From the NCBI GenBank assembly GCA_964612285.1, contig CAZTCM010000001.1, positions 1 to 44,339 of the forward strand: 44,339 nt of DNA, in the 5' to 3' direction. Within the stretch, counting starts at the first letter, position 1. Each line of letters starts with the position of its first letter. The notes beneath the pieces were generated by a model that saw only the letters and a program-made list of their open reading frames with translations, was not told where the DNA came from and made no database searches. Of the stretch, positions 36,194 through 44,339 are shown one piece after another. A program made the position numbers and the translations under genes. The DNA comes from an uncultured Alistipes sp. Lineage in GTDB: Bacteria > Bacteroidota > Bacteroidia > Bacteroidales > Rikenellaceae.

Positions 36194-39016
36194 TTACTGA
36201 ATCGAAGCGAGCGATACGCTCAGCTTGGTGTTGTAGCGGTCGTATGCCACCGAAATCAGGGCATAGTCACCGGCCTCCATGTCGCTGAACTGCTTGGTTA
36301 CACCCTCGGTGTTCACCAGGTAGGCAGCGTCGCCCTGGAAGACCTTCTTGTTGGCAGCGAGTACCGACAGAATCTTCTCGGCGTTGGCCTGTGCAGCCTC
36401 GATCGAGGCCTGGTTACCACCGGCAGCCAGCTGTGCGGCGAAGTCGTTGAGGTCGTTGGCCTCGAGCTTCGTCAGGTCGGCACCGGCAGCCTCCAAATCG
36501 GCCTTCTTCACCAGTGCATAGTCTACCTGCGTCACGGCGAAGATACTTGCCGTGGGGGCAGCCTGCCAGTTGAAGATCAGGTTCTTGCCATCAACGGCTA
36601 CCGACTGCGTGAAGGCTACGGCGGGAGCGTGAGCCGTCGTTACCGACTGGGCCTTCCAGCTCTTGCAGCCCTCGCCCGTGAGGTCGTAGCAGGTCAATAC
36701 ATAGAACTCCGTGGCGGGCTTGTTGACAGCCTTCATCGTAGCGGTGTCGTCATTCGGCGTGTTGACGTACTGCAAATCCGAAGGAGCCGACGACGAGTAA
36801 CCGCTCGTGAGCGACGTGCCGTTCTCCTCAATCAACTTGATGATGTCCTCGTTGGTAACACCCTCGGCGAGCGAGAACGAACCATCGGCACCCTTCACCA
36901 GGTAGTTCTTGAACGACGTAGCTGCGCTAATCAGGTAATCGGCAGCGCAAACGTGCGAACCTGCAAATTCTACATAGATGTGCGTGTGGGCGAAGTAACC
37001 ACGCGAAGCCAATTCATTGGTCACCTTGGCACCGAACTGGAACGTACCCTCAACCTGAGCCTCGGTCGTCACCGTGTCAACCACTACCTTCGTAGCGTCG
37101 GCATCGGAGATGGCGGCAACCAGGTAGTACTGCGTAGCGGGCTTGGCATCGATGAAGGTCCAGAAGTAGCTGTCGTCACCATTCACATCGTTTACATCAG
37201 CCAGGTCGGTAGCACCCAACGACTTACCATTCTTGGCAAGGTAGGCGATGTAGTCGGCATCGGTCGAAGCGTCGGTAAAGCCGGCAGCAGCAAACTCCTC
37301 AGCCGTCAGCGTAGCATACTGTACGCTCGTTACATCGGTACCCTCGTAGAAGTCTACATAGATGGCGTTGTCGTTGAACTTACCCCAAGCGTAACCCGGA
37401 GCGGTGTACTTGCCATTCGAGAGGTCGAACGTATACTCGCAACGTACGCCGGCGGGATTGGCCTCGGGATTGTGGAGGAAGAGTTTGTAGTCTACCCCCG
37501 AAACCTCGCCACTCTTGTCATACGAGTAGGCCACAGCGGTGTACATGCCCGGCGTACCCAATGCCCAAGCCTCGGTCGAAGCCTCCGTAAGCTCCAAGAC
37601 GGGCTGCTCGCCCTCGTAGGTGCCGGCCTCAATCTTAGCCTGTACCTCAGCCAGATACTCGCTTACCAGACCGGCAGCAATCTCACCGGCAAAAGCTTCG
37701 TAATAAAGCTGGTAATAGTACGGATAGTAATAATTCCATGCTGCGGTGTTCTCCTCGAAGACGCCATTGGTATTTAAGAACGCCGTTGTATAGGCTTTTG
37801 CTTGTGCAGCTGCCTCAGCCTCCTGCTCGGGAGTCAGCGGAATCTCGCTCTCGATGTCAAAGGGAAGTACCGTAGCGTAGTACTTTGCCACATCGGCATT
37901 GGGCTCGAAGGTCAGCGAGTAGCTGTCGATACCCGTAGCCGAGGTCGAACGACCCTCGTAGGTAATCTCCACCTCCGGTTCCGGAGCGGGAGCCACACCG
38001 GCATCCAATATCAGGATGTCACCCGGCTCGGAATAGCTGTTCCAACCACCTTGGCCGGGTACATGCCAGTAGAGCGTGAAGTAGAAGGTGTATGCACCGT
38101 CCCAGAAGCAGGGATAGTCAGCGTAGGTATATGACGGTCCGGCATACGACGGAAGGTCGGTTACCCAGAAGTTGGTGGTGGCGTCATAAGCAAGACCCAA
38201 ATCCTGAGCCGTCAGCACGCAGCTGTAATATTGCTTACCGCCAATGGTCAACATGTGTGACGGGTCGGTGTCTACCGTAAAGATGAGGTTGCAAGCACCG
38301 TCGAATACATTGAACATACGGAATACCGTCGTTCCGGCTGCACGCTGCAACTCTACCTCGCCATTCTCTTCAAAGCCCCAGTCGTAGTAGATACCGGTCT
38401 GCAACATCGGCTTGCCATCCTCGCCCAATACATAGTCGGCCTCGGTCAGACCTGCGGGGTCTTCGAGCAACTTCGAGGGGTCTTTCAGGATGTACAGCGG
38501 CTCCCAAAGCAATTCGAGCGACGTCGATACGGTGATGCTCGAATACTGATTCGAATCTACCGCACGGCCTTGGCCGGCAGCTTTCAGCGTACCCTTGGCT
38601 ACCTCAACATCCTCAAACTCGTGGTGGTCACCCACGCCGAGGGTTACCGTATAGGTCGTACCCTTCGAGAAGTTCTCTACGTTCGATACCGTAACAGGAA
38701 TCGTCGCCTTGAACTCGCCGTTGGCGAAGAAAATCGACTCGGGAACCGAGAGGAACTCGGCAGCACCGTCGCCCATCTCATACCACAGACCGGCGGTCAT
38801 GTCGCCATCGTTGTTCTGACGATAGATGTCCACATAGATGGTCTGCTCACCCGTGGCCGTCGTCGAGAACTCCTGCGAAACAGCCTTCTGGGCAAACCAG
38901 GCAGCGCTGGCATCTTCACCGGCAGGGTTGAACGTCGTGGCAATCTGGTCTTGGTTACACCCGACAGCAACGAGCATCACGCCTGCGGCAAAAAGTGATT
39001 TCAATATCTTTTTCAT
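36194..39016 (-). CDS. Large acidic multidomain surface lipoprotein of unknown function, downstream of susD
   Basis: MKKILKSLFAAGVMLVAVGC lipobox followed by acidic residues, an Ig-like N-terminal domain, and no catalytic motif I can recognise. Confidence 0.8.
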   Translation of the reverse strand: MKKILKSLFAAGVMLVAVGCNQDQIATTFNPAGEDASAAWFAQKAVSQEFSTTATGEQTIYVDIYRQNNDGDMTAGLWYEMGDGAAEFLSVPESIFFANGEFKATIPVTVSNVENFSKGTTYTVTLGVGDHHEFEDVEVAKGTLKAAGQGRAVDSNQYSSITVSTSLELLWEPLYILKDPSKLLEDPAGLTEADYVLGEDGKPMLQTGIYYDWGFEENGEVELQRAAGTTVFRMFNVFDGACNLIFTVDTDPSHMLTIGGKQYYSCVLTAQDLGLAYDATTNFWVTDLPSYAGPSYTYADYPCFWDGAYTFYFTLYWHVPGQGGWNSYSEPGDILILDAGVAPAPEPEVEITYEGRSTSATGIDSYSLTFEPNADVAKYYATVLPFDIESEIPLTPEQEAEAAAQAKAYTTAFLNTNGVFEENTAAWNYYYPYYYQLYYEAFAGEIAAGLVSEYLAEVQAKIEAGTYEGEQPVLELTEASTEAWALGTPGMYTAVAYSYDKSGEVSGVDYKLFLHNPEANPAGVRCEYTFDLSNGKYTAPGYAWGKFNDNAIYVDFYEGTDVTSVQYATLTAEEFAAAGFTDASTDADYIAYLAKNGKSLGATDLADVNDVNGDDSYFWTFIDAKPATQYYLVAAISDADATKVVVDTVTTEAQVEGTFQFGAKVTNELASRGYFAHTHIYVEFAGSHVCAADYLISAATSFKNYLVKGADGSFSLAEGVTNEDIIKLIEENGTSLTSGYSSSAPSDLQYVNTPNDDTATMKAVNKPATEFYVLTCYDLTGEGCKSWKAQSVTTAHAPAVAFTQSVAVDGKNLIFNWQAAPTASIFAVTQVDYALVKKADLEAAGADLTKLEANDLNDFAAQLAAGGNQASIEAAQANAEKILSVLAANKKVFQGDAAYLVNTEGVTKQFSDMEAGDYALISVAYDRYNTKLSVSLASIQ

Positions 39017-39056
39017 AATTTGATGCATGTTATTTTTGGTGAAACATCGCTATTCC

Positions 39057-40625
39057 TTACTCGGCTGTGTCGCCAATCGGGTTCTGGATAATCTCGGGGT
39101 TACCGTCGAGCTCCATCTGCGGAATCAGCAGTACCCATGCGAAGGTGCCCGGCGACTGCGTATCGTGGTTGGGCAGAATCGACGAGGGAACAAAGCCCGG
39201 ATTGTCGGCAGCCTCGGGAGCCTCGCGCTTGAAGCCCTGGCCCAGACGCTTGATGTCGAACAGACGACCATACTCGCCCCACAGCTCGATACGACGCTGG
39301 ATGAGAATCTCCTCCAACAGCGAACCCGTCAGGCTGCTCGTCAGCGTAGCAAGGTTTTTACCCGTCTTCGAGGTGCTGTACTTCGGGTCGCGAATCGACA
39401 TGAGCTGCATGAGGTACTCACGCGCCTTCGTGTCGTTGCCCTCGTGGCAGTAAGCCTCGGCAGCCGTCAGCAACATCTCCTCGGCACGCATGTAGGTGTA
39501 GTCACCCAACCACGACGTACCCTGGAACTTGAACTTCACCTGGCAATACTTAATCTTCTCGCCCGTCGACTCGTAGTTGGCATTGTCGAAGTTGCCCAAC
39601 CACCACTGACGACGCACGTCGGTGTCGTTCATGCGGTTGTAGAGCCACGGGTTGATGCAGCGGCGGGCCGACTGAGCATAGCTGTCGTGACCGGCATCCA
39701 TCTGGGCGAAGAACGACATGTACATACCATAGTTGTCGGTCGTCTTAATCTCACCCCACATCACACTCTGCAAAGCAGTGATGTCGTTCATGCCCGACGT
39801 GAGCTGCGAAGCCGACAGCAGCTTGCTGCCATACTCCTTCAAAGCCTCCTCGGCGGCCTGATAGGCGTCTTGGTACTTGTGCATCGTCAAAGCGACACGC
39901 GCCTTGATACCCTGAGCTACCGAGTAGTCGATGTTGGTCTTCGACGAACGCTTCACACCGGCCTCCTTGGCCTCCTTCAAGAGGGCAATACCGTCTTCCA
40001 GGAAGGGATAGATCACCTCCTCGTAAACCTGCTTGTTGGTCTGGCGGGGCTGACCCTTCGTGGCCGAAGTGGTCGGCTCGAGGTATACCGGCAAGCAAAG
40101 ATCCTCGGGGTAGTAGTAGTAAGCGCGAGCGAAGAGCTGAGCCAACATGTGGTAGCAGAACGAACGCAGTACATAAGCCTGACCCAGGATGAACTTACCC
40201 TCGGCGCTCTCGTTGAGCAGCTCGGCAGCACCAATCAGGTTGTTGCACGAGTTGATCGTCGTGTAGAAACAGTTCCAGTCCGTGGTGCACTGCAAACGCG
40301 GGTCATCGAACCAGCTCTTGATGGCGTAGTTGTAGGTCTGCCACATCCAGCCGTTACCGGCCTCGGCCAATACATAGTCCTCGGCCAGGGCATCGCCCGT
40401 CAGATAGGTCTCCGTCAAACCGAAGCCCATACCCGAACTATAACCGCTCGTCCAAGCCGAAGCACCCAAACCTGCCAGCGTACCCGTCAGGGCCGACGAA
40501 GCATTGTCAACACTACCGTATACGACGTTCGAGTCAACCTTGGTGCCGGGGAAGGTGTCGAGAACATCCTTCGAGCACGAAAGCGTGAGCGAAGCGATGA
40601 TACCTAATATAAATAATCTTTTCAT
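39057..40625 (-). CDS. RagB/SusD family lipoprotein
   Basis: Lipobox TLSC, YTTINSCN, GQAYVLRSFCY, KARVAL, MRAEEMLL, QRRIELWGE.GRLFDIKR and IPQMELDGNP. Confidence 0.94.
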   Translation of the reverse strand: MKRLFILGIIASLTLSCSKDVLDTFPGTKVDSNVVYGSVDNASSALTGTLAGLGASAWTSGYSSGMGFGLTETYLTGDALAEDYVLAEAGNGWMWQTYNYAIKSWFDDPRLQCTTDWNCFYTTINSCNNLIGAAELLNESAEGKFILGQAYVLRSFCYHMLAQLFARAYYYYPEDLCLPVYLEPTTSATKGQPRQTNKQVYEEVIYPFLEDGIALLKEAKEAGVKRSSKTNIDYSVAQGIKARVALTMHKYQDAYQAAEEALKEYGSKLLSASQLTSGMNDITALQSVMWGEIKTTDNYGMYMSFFAQMDAGHDSYAQSARRCINPWLYNRMNDTDVRRQWWLGNFDNANYESTGEKIKYCQVKFKFQGTSWLGDYTYMRAEEMLLTAAEAYCHEGNDTKAREYLMQLMSIRDPKYSTSKTGKNLATLTSSLTGSLLEEILIQRRIELWGEYGRLFDIKRLGQGFKREAPEAADNPGFVPSSILPNHDTQSPGTFAWVLLIPQMELDGNPEIIQNPIGDTAE

Positions 40626-40649
40626 ACTGTTAATCTCCGGTTTAAGTTG

Positions 40650-43600
40650 TTAGAATTTGATGTCCAAACCAGCTACGAAGCTGCGCGACGGGGTGTAAAC
40701 ATAGCCCGTACCACCCGAAAGCGAGTAGGTGGGGTTCAGACCCTGCATGTGGGTGAACAGTGCCAGGTTGTCAACCGAACCGTAAACACGGACACTCTTC
40801 AAGCCCAGGCGCTTCACGAAGCCCTTCGGCAGCGTGTAACCGAGCGTGATGTTCTTGATGGCGAAGTACGAAGCATCTACCAGGAAACGATCCGACGAAA
40901 TGCTGCTCGAACCTACCTCTACGCGCGGAACATCCGTGACGGTGTTCTCCGGCGTCCATGCACGCAACTGGTGCTTGTGGAAGGTCTCACCATAGTAGAA
41001 TACGTTCATCGTGCCGCTGTACACCGAATCCGACGTGACACCACCAATCGAGTAGGTCGTCAATACCGAGAAATCGATGCCCTTCCAGTTGAAGTTCGTA
41101 CCGATGCTACCAAACAGGTCGGGAATGCGGTTGCCGTGCAGATAGCGGTTGCTCGAAGCGACCGTCGTATCCGAGGTCAGATACTCGTTGCCGTCGTCGT
41201 CCTTGGCATAGTACAGGGCAGCACCCGTGGCCGGATCAACACCGGCATATTTGGGCATGTAGTAGGTGTAGATGGGAAGACCCTCGCGAATAATCTGCGA
41301 ACCGCTCACGATCTCCTTGGCCTCGGGCGTCAGCTTAATCACCTCGTTGTTCTGCGTCGAACCCATGAAGGTGATATCCCAACGCATGTCGGGCTTGCTG
41401 ATGATGGCACCCGTAACGGTGAACTCCCAACCCGTGTTGCGCATCTCGCCCACGTTGTCCAGATACGAATCGAAACCGGTCGAGAAGGCCATCGGACGAG
41501 CCAGAATCATGTCCGTCGTCAGACGGTTGTAGTATTCAACGCCGAAGGTCAGACGGTTGCCGAAGAGAGCACCCTCAACACCCACGTTGAAGTTCGAGTT
41601 CTTCTCCCACGTCAGCTCCGAGTTCTCCAACTGACCTACCGAGAAACCGTAGTCCGAACCCGTCGAGTCGATGTTGTAGTAACCCTGCCAGCCGTAGTAG
41701 GTCGTCAGGCTCTCGTTACCCTGTACACCATACGAAGCCTTGATGGTCAGGTTGTCCAACCAGTCGAAATCCTTCATGAACTCCTCCTGCGAGATACGCC
41801 ACGAAGCACCTACCGACCAGAAGTGACCCCAACGTGTGTCGGGAGCGAAACGCGACGAACCGTCCGTACGCCAGCTGCCGTCGATGTAGTATTTGTTGTC
41901 GAAACCATAGTTCAGACGAGCGAAGTACGACTCGATGGTGTGGTCGCTGGTCGACGACGAAGCCGAGTTGATGGTGGCACCTACCACCTCGAAGATACCG
42001 GCTACCAAGCCCGAACGGCTGGCCTCCAAATAGTTCGACTCATAGTCGTAGTACTCGTGACCGAGCAGGGCGCTCACCTCGTGACGACCGAACGTGCGGT
42101 TGTAGGTAACGAGCTGGTTGAGCGTGAAGCTCATATCGCGATAGCTGTACTTGTAAATCAAACCGCCATTCGAGGCCTGGTTGCCGTAGAAGGGGTTGTA
42201 GTACTGCATGTTGTTGCTCATGTTGTAGTCCACACCGAGGTTTACGGTGGCCTTCAAGCCCTGCAAGAAGCCGGCCTTCTCGTCGTCGCTGCCAAAGGTG
42301 AGGTAGGCGCGGGTCGAAACCTGCTCTACGGTACCCTTTGTCGGGTCGTCGTAGAAACCTGCAATGGCGTTCGTATTCGGGCTCTGCGGACGCTTCTCAC
42401 CATAGTCGTACTGACGCTGACCATTGGCATCGAGCAGGTCGTTACCGTCGGCATCCTTCTTATAGATCGGATAAATCGGAGCCATCAACTGAGCCGTGTA
42501 GAAAACGTTCGAAGTCGACGAACCCGTGTAACGGTTCGTGTTGGTCTTCGTGTGGGCGAAGTTGATGTTCATACCACCGGCAAACCAGTGCTTGGGCGTC
42601 GTGTCATAGCTGACGCGACCCGTGTAGCGCTCGAACTTCGTCGTGCGCAGCGTACCCTCCTCGTTCAGGTAGCTGAGCGACATGCTGCCGCGGTGGATGT
42701 TGTTACCACCCGATACCGAAGCCTGATACTCCTGACGGAGAGCCGAATCATCCGAAACCTCGTCGAGCCAGTTCTCGTCCCAAGCCGATTTGGCGTCGGC
42801 GCGAACCTTACCCGTTGCGGGGTCTACCAAGTCGTTCCAAGCGTAGTTCTTGAAGGGATTGTAGTCGGCACCCAGGACATTACCCAGCTGAGCCGAAGCG
42901 TAATCGCGAGCAGCCGTGTCGGTGTAGTTACCATCGAAGTAGGCCGAGTTGTAGAGCGACTGCCAGTTGAGCTCGACGAACTCGCGCTGATTTACGAGGT
43001 CGTAGCTGGGCAGGGCACGCGACGAAACACCGAGCGTAGCCTTGAAGTTCACCTCTACCGAGCCTTCACGACCGCGCTTCGTGTTGATCACGATGACACC
43101 GTTTGCACCACGAGCACCATACAGTGCGCCGGCCGAAGCATCCTTCAACACCGTAATCGACTCGATGTCGTCGGGGTTGATGGCGTTGATCGAACCCGAG
43201 TAGGCAACACCGTCCACTACATAGAGCGGCGTGGAGTAGGCGTTGATCGAACCAAAACCACGGATGGCGATGGTTGCGCTCGAACCCGGCTGACCGGTAC
43301 CCGAGGTGGCCTGCACACCGGCTACCTGACCTTCGAGTGCCTTCGACACGTTCGAGACGACGCGCTTCTCGATGTTCTCGCCCTTGATGACGGCAGCCGA
43401 ACCGGTGAACGACTCCTTCTTAGCCGTACCGTAAGCCACCACGATTACATCGTCGATGGCCTGGCTGTCCTCTGAAAGGGTAACCTTGAGGTGCGATTTG
43501 CCAGCAATACTAATCTTTTGCGGTTCATAACCGATAAACGAAATTGTAAGCGTGGCATTTGCCGGAGCGAGGATGGTGAATTGACCCTCCGTACCGGTCG

Positions 43601-43754
43601 TTGTACCCTGACTCGTTCCGTCTACCATGACCGTAGCGCCGGCAACTGCATTGCCCTCAGCGTCGGAAACGGTACCGGTTACCTGCTTGTTCTGTGCGAT
43701 GGCAAATGCCACACCCAAAACAGCAATTAACGATAGTACAAGTTTTCTTACCAT
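40650..43754 (-). CDS. SusC/RagA family TonB-dependent transporter
   Basis: IDDVIVVAYGTAKKESFTGSA, PLYVVDG, LKDASAGALYGARGANGVI, LTWEK and C-terminal DIKF. Confidence 0.96.
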   Translation of the reverse strand: MVRKLVLSLIAVLGVAFAIAQNKQVTGTVSDAEGNAVAGATVMVDGTSQGTTTGTEGQFTILAPANATLTISFIGYEPQKISIAGKSHLKVTLSEDSQAIDDVIVVAYGTAKKESFTGSAAVIKGENIEKRVVSNVSKALEGQVAGVQATSGTGQPGSSATIAIRGFGSINAYSTPLYVVDGVAYSGSINAINPDDIESITVLKDASAGALYGARGANGVIVINTKRGREGSVEVNFKATLGVSSRALPSYDLVNQREFVELNWQSLYNSAYFDGNYTDTAARDYASAQLGNVLGADYNPFKNYAWNDLVDPATGKVRADAKSAWDENWLDEVSDDSALRQEYQASVSGGNNIHRGSMSLSYLNEEGTLRTTKFERYTGRVSYDTTPKHWFAGGMNINFAHTKTNTNRYTGSSTSNVFYTAQLMAPIYPIYKKDADGNDLLDANGQRQYDYGEKRPQSPNTNAIAGFYDDPTKGTVEQVSTRAYLTFGSDDEKAGFLQGLKATVNLGVDYNMSNNMQYYNPFYGNQASNGGLIYKYSYRDMSFTLNQLVTYNRTFGRHEVSALLGHEYYDYESNYLEASRSGLVAGIFEVVGATINSASSSTSDHTIESYFARLNYGFDNKYYIDGSWRTDGSSRFAPDTRWGHFWSVGASWRISQEEFMKDFDWLDNLTIKASYGVQGNESLTTYYGWQGYYNIDSTGSDYGFSVGQLENSELTWEKNSNFNVGVEGALFGNRLTFGVEYYNRLTTDMILARPMAFSTGFDSYLDNVGEMRNTGWEFTVTGAIISKPDMRWDITFMGSTQNNEVIKLTPEAKEIVSGSQIIREGLPIYTYYMPKYAGVDPATGAALYYAKDDDGNEYLTSDTTVASSNRYLHGNRIPDLFGSIGTNFNWKGIDFSVLTTYSIGGVTSDSVYSGTMNVFYYGETFHKHQLRAWTPENTVTDVPRVEVGSSSISSDRFLVDASYFAIKNITLGYTLPKGFVKRLGLKSVRVYGSVDNLALFTHMQGLNPTYSLSGGTGYVYTPSRSFVAGLDIKF

Positions 43755-43791
43755 AAGCGTTAATTTTTAGTGTGTTTTATAAATAAAAAGT
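43717..43791 (-). repeat. Left arm of a >=74-bp inverted repeat (susC leader plus first codons)
   Basis: The reverse complement equals 44266-44339 except for one 1-bp indel (AAAACACACT vs AAAACAACT). Confidence 0.95.
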
Positions 43792-43798
43792 TCAGTGG

Positions 43799-43830
43799 CA
43801 AAGATAAATGATTGAAAAATAATTTACAAA
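43799..43830 (-). promoter_or_regulatory. Consensus promoter TTTG-N20-TATCTTTG facing the left susC
   Basis: CAAAGATA at 43799-43806 and CAAA at 43827-43830 on the + strand. Confidence 0.85.
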
Positions 43831-44265
43831 TTAATTCATAAAAAAATTCCAAAATGCAACAGAATGCCATGAAAGAGGGGTGTTTTGTGGCGATTCATTG
43901 TTTGTTTACGATATTCAATAACGATTCGTAACCCCTCATTTTGGGGTTTTTCGGGGGCCGTTTGGGGCTTTTTGTGCGCCAGAATGGTCGAAAAGGGGAT
44001 TTATTTGTTGAAAATCCCGTGGATACCTATTATATATATGCAAATTATTGAGATGAATTGGTTACAAAATTGGCGGTTTTGAACATTGTTTTGCTGCTAT
44101 ATTGTTTATCCATTGTGAGTTACCAGGGTAAAATAGGTTACAATTTAGTAACCGGATATGCGTCAGAAGTGTATAAAACCCATATTTCCCTCCATCGGAA
44201 CACCCTTTTGTTGTTTTTTCATCTGTTTGTGTAGTAGATAGTTGAACGTATTTATAGGCATGTTC

Positions 44266-44339
44266 ACTTTTTATTTATAAAACAACTAAAAATTAACGCT
44301 TATGGTAAGAAAACTTGTACTATCGTTAATTGCTGTTTT
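44266..44339 (+). repeat. Right arm of the inverted repeat (runs off the window end)
   Basis: ACTTTTTATTTATAAAACAACTAAAAATTAACGCTTATGGTAAGAAAACTTGTACTATCGTTAATTGCTGTTTT. Confidence 0.95.
44302..44339 (+). CDS. 5' start of a probable second, divergent SusC/RagA gene (MVRKLVLSLIAV...), truncated by the window
   Basis: The first 38 nt are identical to the start of the susC at 43754 (minus strand). Confidence 0.7.
   Translation, partial: MVRKLVLSLIAV

Noticed and set aside
43885..44082. 65-aa ORF in the susC-susC spacer
   Set aside because: TTG start, AT-rich intergenic composition, no motif, and far too small for a recombinase.

Overview
Chromosomal window from a GC-rich Bacteroidota bacterium. 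It is probably Alistipes-like (Rikenellaceae); this is an inference from the TAnnTTTG promoters, SusC/SusD genes and G/C-ending codons. In order, the window holds: the 3' part of lon; kdsB; a hybrid two-component regulator; a LytS/LytTR-type two-component pair; and a divergently transcribed starch/maltodextrin utilisation locus (MFS transporter, susC, susD, susE-like, a repeat-expanded susF-like gene, susG-like and three more GH13 enzymes, with no susR or susB in view). Next come ferritin, a PepSY-like protein, SulP, tRNA-Leu(CAA) and tRNA-Lys(CTT) flanking a 299-bp element bounded by inverted repeats, a truncated GH2-like protein, a stand-alone HsdR_N protein, tRNA-His, a TonB-dependent receptor broken by one in-frame TAG, and a CAZyme-free SusC/SusD/lipoprotein locus. 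Three signals stand out. (1) The leader and first codons of that last susC recur almost perfectly in inverted orientation at the window end, with a single canonical promoter between the copies, which suggests a flip-type switch between two divergent susC genes. (2) Three direct repeats with 21-bp spacing (LytTR-type architecture) sit in front of the starch-locus promoter. (3) The MITE-like element between the two tRNAs.
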